Assembly: GCF_009914755.1 (NCBI RefSeq)
Contig: NC_060937.1
Source of the DNA: the human T2T-CHM13v2.0 reference genome, Homo sapiens
Direction: 5' to 3' (one strand)
DNA: 64,000 bases
Below the pieces are notes generated by a model. The model did not search any database, was not told the origin of the DNA, and was given only the letters and a program-made list of their open reading frames with translations. Positions 45,491 through 57,380 of this stretch are shown here, piece by piece. Both the position numbers and the translations under genes were made by a program. Every line of letters begins with the position of its first letter. Within the stretch, counting starts at the first letter, position 1.

Positions 45491-47761
45491 CTCCTATCAG
45501 AGACTCTAAGAAAAAAAAAATCTCTACTAGGATAACTTTGCTTCCCCTGAGAAACTGTGATACTTCTTTTTTTAAGAGAAGAATTATGTAGCCATGCTTG
45601 TCTTCCATTTTGCTTCACCTGCTAAAAAATTCAGAGCCAATTTGGGGCTCAACTGTAAGAACTGGGCTGACCCTGATACTCTGTGAATGTGTGTTCTTCC
45701 TTTCCCTGGTATTGAATTTCCAGCTTCATTTAAAATTTCCCTGATCTTTATTTTAATTACCTTTTTTAACATGTGTGTTCTCATCTAAGCTGTTCTCAAT
45801 TCTTTGTGGAGAGAAGTAGTAGAGTTGAGAGGAAGATGCAGGGAAGGGAGGAAGAGGAAGGAGAAGATTTGAGGAGAATGGATAAGAGAATGAATCTAAT
45901 ATTTTTTTCCATAAATGCTCACAGGCAGTTGTAAAAAGAAAAACATAATATTCTCTATCTAGTTGATCATAGCTTCTGGGAACTGCTGTATTGGGATGTT
46001 TAATTAATAACACTTTATATCTGCAGTATACCATTGCTTTCCCAAGTCGCTGTGTCTGTGATGTGAGAGTGTCACAGACAACACAGTCTTGTTACAGAGT
46101 GTCTTTTCTGGCAATTTCAAGAAGGCACCAGCAAGGACTGAGAAGCACACAGTCTCTCCTCTTCTCTCTCTCTCAATCTCTCTCTCTCTTTTATTACAGT
46201 TTGGGTTAAATATAATACACTGGAGCCTTGCTATAACAACCAGTCTTTGCCACCAGCCACATAATTTATTTATGTACCTAGAAATATTCCTGTAAAATAT
46301 CTATGTACTATAGATGGATAGATAAATGGTAACTGATAGCTGAAAGAAAAATAGTCTAGACCTCAGAGGAATCTAATAATTCAAACTTACTACAGACAGC
46401 CTGAAGATAGTTAACATACATAGTATTGATTATGTCAAGATTTAGTACTCTGGAAAAACCTCATAAAACACAACATTTTGCTATCACAGGGGTTTGAGAG
46501 ACAGAGGCAATTAAAATGCAAGAAACACCGGTCTTGTTCATATGGAATTTTACAAATATTTCCAGGAATAATTTCATTGTCTCCCAAGAATAGATGTTTG
46601 GTTACAAATCTATCTTCTGAAAAACCAAAGAACACCTTTTGTTCATTAAAAAACAAAACAAAACGAAAAAAAAGGTGTCCCCTGAGAGCAGTATGCTCAG
46701 GGCTTACCCCCTCTGGTGTTTATGTTATAGCCCAAATGCATTCCCATTGAAGAAGGTGTCAGCTGTCATGCCATGTGACACCTCTAACTGAAAGGGTGCT
46801 TTGGCATTTCTGTAGACAAATTGTTCGTACACAGAAAGACGGGATGTTACTGTGAAGCATGATGATTATAAATGGACACCACACATTCTATCAGTTTTTC
46901 GCTGCTTATTTCTCCTTACTCTATTCTGTACCTAGGTGATCTCACTTTTTTCCAACTCTTCAAATATTGCTGATCTGCTACAGCTTCCAAAGTTACAGCT
47001 TTATCCTTGATTGTTTCTCTCTTGAGCCCCCTAGAATTTCAAGGCTTCCAGAGAATACTCCATTTGGGTGTCCTGATGGCATGACAAATTAAATTTTTAG
47101 AAGACAAATTCCTCCTCCTCCTCGTCCTTCCTGTACTCCATCCCCAACTCCTCCATTAGGTAATTCATGTTCAGAAATTACTCTTCCACTCCCTGCCTCA
47201 TTGCTTTCAATGAATCAGCCTGGCTGCCCTGCAGACTTGCGTATGCATGGAAGAAGTTGATGGGATGGTCAGAATTGACTCAAGATATGAGATCTCACCC
47301 TACAGCTCTCACACAGTTTTTTTTACAACCTCCTCTCTGCTTGAAAAGCCCTCTGCCCATGCCTTTATCACAGATCTTAGCTCATCAATGTGTAACTAGT
47401 TGATTTATGTCTCTCCATTTTTGGTATTTGGACACCTCAAGGGTACAGAAAATGTAATCCAGATTTTTAGACTATGTTTCTGAATAGGCTCCACTTAATT
47501 CATTTGGAAAATAGTCATTAAGCATCTACTGTGTGCTATGTGCTAAAGATACAATTGTAAAGATGACAGAACTGTCCCTCAAGCAGCTAGGGACCACAGA
47601 CCAGAAGGGCAAAATGCTGTTATAGTGTAAGTTCAGACACCATATATAAAAGCACATGCAAAAGTGTTTAATCACCAGGAAGACAGAATGAAAAACAAGG
47701 CAGAGACTAAGGAGAGACAAGCTAAGTGCTTAAAGCACGACATTTAAGGAGACATAAACTC

Positions 47762-47850
47762 TTAGAGCCATGCAAGTGTAGGGTGAGCACCTGAGATGAG
47801 CACATCCTTAAATCTTGTTTCCTAGGCACCTCATCCTAGCCCTGGCCCTG
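47762..47850 (-). mobile_element. MER91-like hAT-Tip100 fragment
   Basis: Minus strand reads cagggccagggctaggatgaggtgcctagg...atttaagg. Confidence 0.5.
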
Positions 47851-48129
47851 ATGGAAAACTTATAACTTGCCCATATATACTAAGAGTCATTTGTAAAACT
47901 ATCCCAGTGAAGATTGGTAGAGCCTTAGGGACCAGGATCCTCTCTAATGGGAAATTAAATATTTTATGGGATGTGAACAGACTCTCTTTTATTAAAGGGA
48001 GCACTTGGGAGATTAAGCATAATTACTTTAGATAGGTTGGTAAGTAAAACCACCACAAATCCAAGAATGATAAAAATTAGAGTAAAACATGTGCTTACAC
48101 AGTTCCAGTAAGGGTACACATTTGAAAGA

Positions 48130-48372
48130 GAGATGGTATAGAATAGTGGTTAGGGCAACGGCCTGTAGTGCTCTTTTACTAGCTACCTTTCTATTCCTTA
48201 GCAGTTTCCTCATCTGGAAAATGGCAATAATAACTCCCTATTTTATAGGTTTGCTGCAGAGATCAATTAATTAAATTTTATAGGATTGTGGCAAAGAGTT
48301 AATCTATGTAAAGAGCTTAGAAAAGTGCCAGGCACACTGTGAACATCCAATGAATGCTAACTTGTCTTATTA
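48130..48372 (+). mobile_element. MIR
   Basis: tagtggttagg...cagtttcctcatctggaaaatggcaataataac...gagcttagaaaagtgccaggcac. Confidence 0.75.
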
Positions 48373-49169
48373 TTCTTTCATTCCTCTAACTCTTCTTAGT
48401 GTGTACTCCTATAAAGAACAATAGTTAGAATTTTAAGGACTCTTGATTTGCTATCTGAGGGCATCTTGAGGAATTAGGTGAGATATTTATACAACTGCCC
48501 TCAGGATATCCTGCAAAGATACCTTCAACTAGCATGTTTCTCAGTTATCCTCTTCTCCTTTCTCAACCTTCCATTCTGGAGTTTCCTATCATAATGAATG
48601 ACAATAAGATTTATTTGTTTTTATTTACATTACCCAGTTTTAATCCTCTACTTTGCAACTGGTATCTATTTATTATATGTGTGTGCATATGTGTGTATGT
48701 GTGAGTGTGTTTAGCAATTTGCCTCTCAATGAAAATGTAAACTCCCATGAGGTCACAGTCTTGTTCATGCTGTATTGCCTACACTTAGTACAACAGCAGG
48801 CACTCAAATATTTTTAAACAAATGATCAAATGAGTTCATGAATTTTCAACTTCTCTCATTCCTTGCCTCTTACTCTACATTAACTGATATAAATCCTGTC
48901 AATTCAATCTCCTGAATATCATTCACACTTGGTTCTGTCCACACCACCACCACTGTATCTCAAGCCATCATCATCTTCCACCGGTATTACTAGAACGATA
49001 TATTGCCTGTTCCCCTTCCTCAAGTCTCCCATTTCTCCAAAACAGTCTTCTTAGTGCAATCTGAGTGCTGTAGTGCTCTTACTAACATGAAAATCAACCA
49101 CATTCTTCCACTGCTTACAGCACTTCAAAGCAATCCAAAAAGCTCGTGTGCTGGATTATTCTATTTGTA

Positions 49170-49366
49170 TAATATTCTAAAAATAAATTACAAAACTAAA
49201 AAGAATGAGAACAGATTTAGTGGATTCCAGAGGACAGAGATGGGGTGGTGCAACTGAAAGGGAGCAACCTAAAAGATTTCCTTCATGGTAATGAAATAGT
49301 TCTGCATCTTGATTGATTAGTGGTCCCATGGATGTATACATGGAATCAAATTTCATAGAACTGCAA

Positions 49367-49399
<33 letters not shown>

Positions 49400-49608
49400 C
49401 ACACACACACCATTAGTGATTTAAAAACAGGTCAAATAAGATCTATAGTCTAGTTAACAGCATTGTATCGATGTCAGTTTCCTGGTTTTGATATTGTGCT
49501 ATAGTTACATGGGATGTCACCATTGGAGGAAGCTGGGTGAAGTTTATGGCCTCTGTGCACTATTTTTGCAATATCCTATAATTTTCTTTAATTCTAAAAA
49601 AAAAAATT
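49170..49608 (+). mobile_element. L1MC/L1MD-type 3' end with internal (CA)n (49367-49412)
   Basis: aatagttctgcatcttgattg...gtcagtttcctggttttgatattgtgctatagttac...gatgtcaccattgggagaagctgggtgaag; A tail. Confidence 0.8.
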
Positions 49609-49857
49609 TCAAAGAATCATCATTGCCCTTAAGGAAAAACAAATCCAGCCGCATCATCCTGATTCACAAGACTGAAGAGCCTGACCTCAGATTGCATCTA
49701 AAGCTTCATTGTTTGCCACTCATGTGATTTGGTTGTAAGTGGGCCAGTGAATCCTAATTCATTTTATCCTGTTGTTTTATTCATTTAAAGATCTAAAATA
49801 GTTTTAAATGAATATTTAAAAACAAAAATAAATACCATGCCTTATATTCTTGGTGGA

Positions 49858-50300
49858 TGCATCATCAGTTAGCTATCATAGCATAACAAACTACCCAAAA
49901 CTCAGAATCTTAAAAGAACAGTCTTATATTATCACTCAGGTCATTGTGTCACCTGGGCTCGCTTATGCATCTATGGTCAGCTGTGGATCACTCTTTGCTA
50001 GCCACTGTTCAGCTAGCTATAGGCATTTCTAAAATGGCCTTAGCTGAAACAACTAAGCCCTTCCACATGGTGTCTAATCCTCGGCAGACTATTCACACAG
50101 CTGTAGCAAGGTTCCAAGAGAAGAAGGAAGTGCTCGAAGCCAGAATGGTGTGTGGTCACTTTCACCAAGTTCTTTGGCCAAAGTATGTTAAAAAGCCAAT
50201 CTGTATTCAGGAGGTAGAAAAATGGAAGCCATCTCTTGGGAGGAACCACAAAATCACATTGCAAAAGATGTGGACACAGTGTGAAAAATTGGGGCAACAA
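49858..50300 (-). mobile_element. MLT1-type MaLR LTR
   Basis: tcagttagctatcatagcataacaaactacccaaaactcag...ccatctcttgggaggaaccacaaaatcacattgcaaa. Confidence 0.7.
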
Positions 50301-51677
50301 CTACTAAAATCCTCTAAGTCATCAAAACGTGAATAATGTACTTCCCACTATAATACAAAATGCTAAGGTTCTGAATGAAATCACAAACGTATTTCTAACC
50401 TGAATTCAATATATTGAAAGACTGCATGATAAGGAGCAATGGAAAATTACCATCATTTACAGACAAATAAATGTTCTTCATCCTGCTAAGCTTCCGCACT
50501 TGGCAAATCTTTAAAAATCTGGTGCTTTCTTCCTTCAGCCCTCTTCTAGATTTAGTTTCTTTTTTATTTCTTGTTCAGTTTCAGTCTTACTGAAGCAGCT
50601 TAGCATTCAATCTGCAGCCACCTACTCCCAGGGAGAGCCATTGTTTAATATTAATGTTCACCTAAATTGAAGCAACGCCCTGCTGCCTTCACAGCCATTC
50701 AAGGAGAAATTCTCACCCTCAGAGAGAGGTAGGTAAGGATGACGTTGCTGCCCTCATTTTGTCCTTAGGGTGCAGCAGACCGAAGAGGGAACTGCCAGAT
50801 GGAGGTGGGGAATTTGATTCTGCTGCCTGAGTCAATGTGAATTGCAAAACTCTAATCATCTGTGTGGGCAGGAAGTCACCTAGGCACTTCAGCTGGTGGG
50901 CGCCCATGTGAAAGGGAGATAATTATCAATGTCACTTCTAAGACACGAAGGTCCTATGGAAAGAAATAGATTCTACTAGCATATTGCACGGAGCCTATTG
51001 AAGTGCAGACAGTGATTTGTAAAATGTTATGGGAGCAGTAGAGCAGGCTTAAATGAAATTCAGCGGCAGGCAATTAGTTGATAAAATAACTATTTTCTTG
51101 TGCTTTGGACTCTATGAAGTAACATGACTTTAAATTTTGGATGACAAGTCATTTCTGTGTATTAAAATGAAAATGCTACTTTTCCCAAGTAGCATTTACT
51201 CTGTGAACTTCTTTATATCAATGTTACAGGTAAAGAGAGAAAAAGAATAAAGTGTGCCTGCTTGCTTACCCGCCTGACACAATGTTCTGGGAAAGGAAAC
51301 AATGTTCTCTCCCTAAAAAGTCTCTTTCCAGGATCAACTTCAGCTGCAAATAAAGTAAGAAAAATTGTGGATTATATAAAGTCAAGTCTACTAGGACTAA
51401 CGTTTGTCTTTGTTCCCATCTATATTCTTCAATGGTAATTTTTTTTTCATCTTGACTAAAGATAGACTTGCGGCAACTAGCACAGTTTTCATTATCTATA
51501 CAATCATCAAAGCTATCAATACTGCTATATTTAAGCATATCAAAAATTTATTTATGTGGAAAACAGAAGCCATATTTTACCTTGGTATCTAGATCTCTTT
51601 TGGTAGAGGAAGAAGGTGCATTTTTTCATATCTTGATAAGATTTCAATACTCAAATCGTGATAAAATCTCAACTACT

Positions 51678-51799
51678 ACTCTTATACTTCCAAGCGTTAG
51701 TACATAAGTATTATACAAAATGCCAGGAACTCAGTAAATGGAGACATTATACAAATAAATGGATTTAGGATTATGGACTGCTTCTCAGTGTTTTGTTAG
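51678..51799 (+). repeat. Donor copy of a 122-bp local direct duplication (second copy 51999-52120)
   Basis: The two copies differ at only 2 positions. Confidence 0.97.
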
Positions 51800-51948
51800 G
51801 CTTGACACATGACAGACACACCGGATTGTTCAGAGAAGGGCAGGATGTAATTTATGGGCCAGCCTATGTTGTGGCATATGGACATCTTGTTCCCGTTAAA
51901 TGAGTCAAGCTAGACACAAAAATCTCTTGTAAATATGCATGGGTGATG

Positions 51949-52191
51949 CAGCTCCTGATAAATAGTTCAACAGGATCTGAGGCAGTTTATTACCCTAAAC
52001 TCTTATACTTCCAAGCGTTAGTACATAGGTATTATACAAAATGCCAGGAACTCAGTAAATGGAGACATTATACAAATAAATGGATTTAGGATTATGGACT
52101 GCTTCTCAGTGTTTAGTTAGTCCAACAGGATCTGAGGCAGTTTAGGGTAATAAATTTCCTCAGATCCTGTTGGACTATTTACTGGGAGCTA
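51949..52191. repeat. Composite fold-back unit: 52-bp inverted termini, captured 122-bp segment and internal hairpin
   Basis: 51950-52001 vs reverse complement of 52139-52190 match at 46/52; internal hairpin at 52118-52177. Confidence 0.92.
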
Positions 52192-52543
52192 GGGTAATAC
52201 AATTGCACAAAAACAGCTCTATATATCATAGCAAATATCAGTAGTTTATAATTTTCAAAGCATTTTTTATTAAGGTAGAAAATCTTTGCAATAGCCCAAT
52301 GAGGTAGATGATGAGTTAATTGTAGGTACCTGAGGTTCAAAAGATTGAGGTTGCCCCTGCCAGACCCCTCAGTTTGCAAATAAGTGGTTAAGCCATGATC
52401 CCAAACTTGGTTTTCTTTCCAAATTTAGTTTTCTTTCTACTGATATCATCCTGGTAAAATAAGAAAAACAAAATTCAGCCCTTCCCTCCCCACCCACAAC
52501 CCTCTAAGAAGCAGTTGAAAATTTAAAATGGTATTAAAATTAA

Positions 52544-52904
<361 letters not shown>

Positions 52905-54347
52905 TGTCTAGTTATTTTTAATTGTCACTAACATCCTTTGAGGCAAGGAGGATAAGGAATATGTCCCACATGACAAGGGAGGAAACAGTCCTGCTGGTGA
53001 AGCACTGTGACACTTTGGCGACTTTGACGCCACTCTGCTCTTCTTGCCAATTCAGAACTAGGAGGCATCCTATCCTGCCTTTCACCATAGAGCAAACCCC
53101 AGAGAGTGCTGGGGTGAATTTCTCTGGAAATGAGATCCCAGGACTGTGTTGTATAGGTTGTAACTCTGAAAGTGATAAGTGCTGCCTAAAAGGGCCAGCT
53201 TTCAACTCTCCACTTCTAAAAATACTCCTCCTAATAGAGAAATTTAACTGAAGTCCAAACCTTCCATTCCACAATGAAAGAACCTGCAGCTAATAGCTCG
53301 CTGGAGTTCATTTACCCATTGAGGTTGAGTTTCTGGCACTTTCTAGAGCTCTTTGGGTATAGGCATCTCTCCCATGTCTCACAGATTTGGGTGGAGATAA
53401 AGTGAAATAGTCAAGTGCCTGACTTTATATACCAAGATTAGGTACCCCATAAGTGTTTACTCCCTTCTCTTCCAATTCCACTCAACTGTTCCTTGCTACT
53501 CCTCTCTTGAAAATACTCTCTAGCCTGGGGGCCACTCACTGATACCTAAACTCTTCAGGAACATACCTCATAGCCTTTGCCCATGCTGGTCGATACACCT
53601 GCAATGTCCTTCTTCCTGCCTCTGCTTGGAAATGTAAGTCCTGTCTCTCACATTCTGTATGAAGTTTTTAGAAGCTTCTCCCATTATAAGCACAAACCCC
53701 CAGCCCCTAGCCTTCCTCCACTGGTCACATCCTGAGAGAAGTGCATCGTGTTGGTTAATCACATATCCGCCTGTAAAGAAGTTCTGAGCTCAATAAGTAT
53801 TTATTGGATTAAATTTAGGCGAAGTCATCAAGTAGGCTAAGAGTTACCTGAGGAGAGAAAGACAAAACAAGGGAATGGTGGAAAAAACAACAAAAAAAAT
53901 TTAATCTACTTAAACCATTGTCTTGAGCCATGTCTAAATGCATATTTGGACCCATTTTCATAAATTTCTATAAAGTCCTTGTTTCCATGACAGAGTGAAA
54001 TAGCCACACACAGTAAGAAATATGGCTTCTGTTAAGTATTTGCACGTAAGTGCTTTGACTAGGATGCTTAAAGTTATCTGGGTGGCCCAGGAAATACATT
54101 TTTATTTGATTTCGAGAAAAAATAATTTTAGGAGGGTCAATGTGTTTTATTTTCCTTTGTTTCATCTGTTGGATGTTTAGTTTTGCTGTTTGCTTTTTCT
54201 AGGCAAAGAATGGCAAACACAAATACTTCTTAGACCAACTATTCTGGATTATATTATCTCTGCTATTCTCTAAGTACTGTCATAACTACTGGCTATCAGG
54301 GACACAGAATTGAGGCAAGGCTCCTGATAAATATTCCATCAGGATCT

Positions 54348-54600
54348 GAGGCAGCTTAGGGTAATGTTTAAATATATGGGCTTTGGAGCTCATACCATCT
54401 GGTTCAAAACTTAGCACAATATTTATAAAGTGTTTGACCTTGAGCCTCTTTACGCCTCAATTTTCTCATATGTAAAATGGGATGATAATGGTACCTAATT
54501 CATAAGCCCATTGTGAGGATTAAAAGAGTTATTACATGTAAAGCACATAAAACAATGTTTGGCATGTAATAAGTACCATAGAATTATTCACTATTATTAG
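54348..54600 (+). mobile_element. MIR (near full length)
   Basis: gggctttggagc...tgaccttgag...cctcaattttctcatatgtaaaatgggatgataat...gtgaggattaaa. Confidence 0.8.
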
Positions 54601-54654
54601 AAAAATATAATGGTTTAAATCAGATGTCCTAGATAATGCAATACATACGGTAAC

Positions 54655-55009
54655 CAAATCAGTTATCCATTGCTATGTAACAAACCACCCAATACTAGTG
54701 ACTTAAAACAATTATTTGTTTTATTTGCATGGTTCTGGAGCTGACTGGGCTTAGCTAGGTGGTTCTTGCTAAAGTTCTCCCATGTGGTTGCAGTCAGACA
54801 CTGGATGATACTGGAGTCATCTCAACGGCTTCCTCACTAATAGGTCATGCAGAAAATCCATGTCAGCTAGGACTTCTGCTGGGGCTGAACACCTATGTGT
54901 GGCTTTTCCATGTGGCCTGAGCCACCTCATAGTATGGTGACCAGATTCCAAGGGCAAGCCTCCTGAGAGAGCCAGAGGAATGCCATCTTGCTTTTTTTTT
55001 TTTGGTCCA

Positions 55010-55052
<43 letters not shown>

Positions 55053-55780
55053 TATACTTTAAGTTCTAGGGTACATGTGCACAATGTGCAGGTTTGTTAC
55101 ATATGTATACATGTGCCGTGTTGGTTTGCTGCACCAATTAACTGGTCACTTACATTAGGTATTATCTCCTAATGCTATCCCTCCCCCCTCCCCCCTCCCC
55201 CCACCCCACAACAGGCCCCAGTGTGTGATGTTCCCCACCCTGTGTCTAAGTGTTCTCATTGTTGACTTCCCACCTATGAGTGAGAACATTCAGTGTTTGA
55301 TTTTCTGTCCTTGTGATAGTTTGCTCAGAATGTTGGCTTCCAGCTTCATCCATGTCACTACAAAGGACATGAACTCATCCATTTTTATGGCTGCATAGTA
55401 TTCCATGGTGTATATGTGCCACATTTTCTTAATCCAGTCTATCATTGATGGACATTTGGGTTGGTTCCCAGTCTTTGCTATTGTGAATAGTGCCGCAATA
55501 AACATATGTGTGCATGTGTCTTTGTAGTAGCATTATTTATAATCCTTTGGGTATATACCCAGTAATCGGGTGGCTGGGTCAAATGATATTTCTATGATGT
55601 AGTCTCAGAAAGTCAGATGGTGTTACTTCCACCAGATTCTATTGAGCCAGGTAGTCCCATCTTAAGGGAAGGTGACATAGACTCCAGCTGTTAATAGGGG
55701 ATGGCAAGGTCACATTGTAAGAAGATTGGGTGGGATGGAAAGTATTGTCTGGCCATCTTTTGGAACTACAACCTGCCACA
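54655..55780 (-). mobile_element. MLT1-type MaLR LTR interrupted by L1PA
   Basis: tcagttatccattgctatgtaacaaaccaccc...ccagattccaagggc / ...ggccatcttttggaactacaacctgccaca. Confidence 0.75.
54992..55594 (-). mobile_element. L1PA (about PA4-6) 3' end with (AAT)n tail
   Basis: (ATT)n at ~55010-55054, then tactttaagttctagggtacatgtgcac; ORF 55290..55505 is the ORF2 C-terminus. Confidence 0.93.
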
Positions 55781-55999
55781 GTCAACTATGCACGTAGTAA
55801 GCATTCACCAAGTACTGTGGAATGGCAAAGACTACAGAGTCTTTGGTAAGATTTTTTTTTACTGTAAGACAAAGAAAACAGCTCAAACTAGTTAAACAAA
55901 CCAAAAAGTAATTTTTAGAAATTTTTCTAAAATTTTTCTAAAATTTTTCTGTGTCTTCTCACAGAACCCTGGGGAAGTTAGGTCTCTTGAGGGACAGTT

Positions 56000-56440
56000 T
56001 CCAGGAACTGTATCTCACCACCTCCACAACTATCATTTTCATCCTAGCCACCATCATCTTTTACCTGGGTTGTTGCCATGTCCTAACAGCTCTCCCCATT
56101 TCTTCCCTCTGGTCCCTACAGTCTATTCTCCACATGGCTACTTGGGATCCCTTCAATTTGTAAGTTGGATTCTATCACCTATTTGCTCCAAACCTCCAAA
56201 CCTTGCAGAATGCTCCCATCAAATTCAGACAAACCTCCAAAGACCTTACCTTGGCCCTCAAGGCCCTCTATGATCTTTCTTTTGGTGTCTGTTTGCCACC
56301 ATCACCTGCCGTGCTTGTCTTTGAATCCCCTACTCTCACCTCTTCCTTGAACATCCAAGCATGTCCCACCTTGAGGCCTTTGCTATTGCTGTTCACTCTG
56401 CCTGGATCACCATTTTTTCCCCGATGTCAGCATGGGTCTC
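56000..56440 (+). mobile_element. L2 fragment (other L2 pieces near 39900-40130, 46900-47150, 48620-49140, 53440-53810)
   Basis: cagtctattctccacatggc...caaggccctctatgatct...ggcctttgctattgctgttcactctgcctgg typical L2 3' region. Confidence 0.65.
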
Positions 56441-56865
56441 TGTGTTAGTCCATTCTCACACTGCTATACAGAAATACCTGAGACTGAGTAATTTATAAAG
56501 AAAAGAGGTTTAATTGGCTCATGGTTCTGTGGCTGTACATGAAACATGATGCTAGCATCTGCTCAGCTTTAGGGGAAGCCTCAGAAAACTTACAACCATG
56601 GCGAAAGGCAAAGAGGGAGCCGGCACTTCACGGGCTGGTCCAGGAGGAAGCGAGAGAACAGGGGAGGTGCTACACACTTTCCAACAACCAGATCTCATGA
56701 GAACTCACTCACTATCACAAGGACAGTACGAAGAGGGACGGAGCTAAACCATTCATGAGAAATCTTCTCCTATGATCCAGTCACCTCCCACCAGATCCCA
56801 TCTCCAGCATTGGGGATTACAATTTAACAAGAGATTTGGTGGGAACACAGATCCAAACCATATCA
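56441..56865 (-). mobile_element. MSTA-like MaLR solo LTR
   Basis: tgtgttagtccattctcacactgcta...aagaaaagaggtttaattggctcatggttctg...cagatccaaaccatatca; TG...CA termini, 425 bp. Confidence 0.92.
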
Positions 56866-57194
56866 GTTCCCCCCTTTATTCTTTCCAGACTTTATTCAGT
56901 TATCTCCTCTCAGGGAGAGTTTCTCTGACCCATCATTTCCAAAGTAGCATGTATCTCAACGCCTCCTGAAAGACAGATTTGTTTTATAGCCCCAATAATG
57001 AATTCCAAAAGGAAGGAAACTGACTGGCTCATCAGAGCTTGAGTATCCATCACGGTCCATCCGTTACATCTTGGTTGGGATGTTAGGGTTGTCACACAGT
57101 AAAAGGACAGACCTGCTAAAACTAAGTCTTACGCAGGGAACAGTTCTCAAGGACAAGGGGCGCTGGGAACTGTGAAATTATGCCAGCAAGTCTA

Positions 57195-57380
57195 ATGGAG
57201 TTGAGAAAGAGGCGATCATAGCTCTGCTACTAACTCCTCGGGTGACCTTAGGCAAGTTAAAAGTATGGGACTCAGCTTCTCCTATCAAATGATGATAGTA
57301 TTATCTGCTACAATTACTTGCAAGGAGATCACTAAAATGAAAAGATAAGTCAGGATAAGGTCTTAGATGTGCTTTAAAAT
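57195..57380 (+). mobile_element. MIR fragment
   Basis: gctctgctactaact...gtgaccttaggcaagtta...ctcagcttctcc. Confidence 0.65.

Noticed and set aside
52918-53274. Overlapping antisense ORFs of 109 and 118 aa in unique sequence
   Set aside because: Non-ATG starts and no recognisable domain; lengths are compatible with chance.
55908-55950. aaatttttcta tandem or palindromic stretch
   Set aside because: Very short and AT-rich; too low in complexity to interpret.
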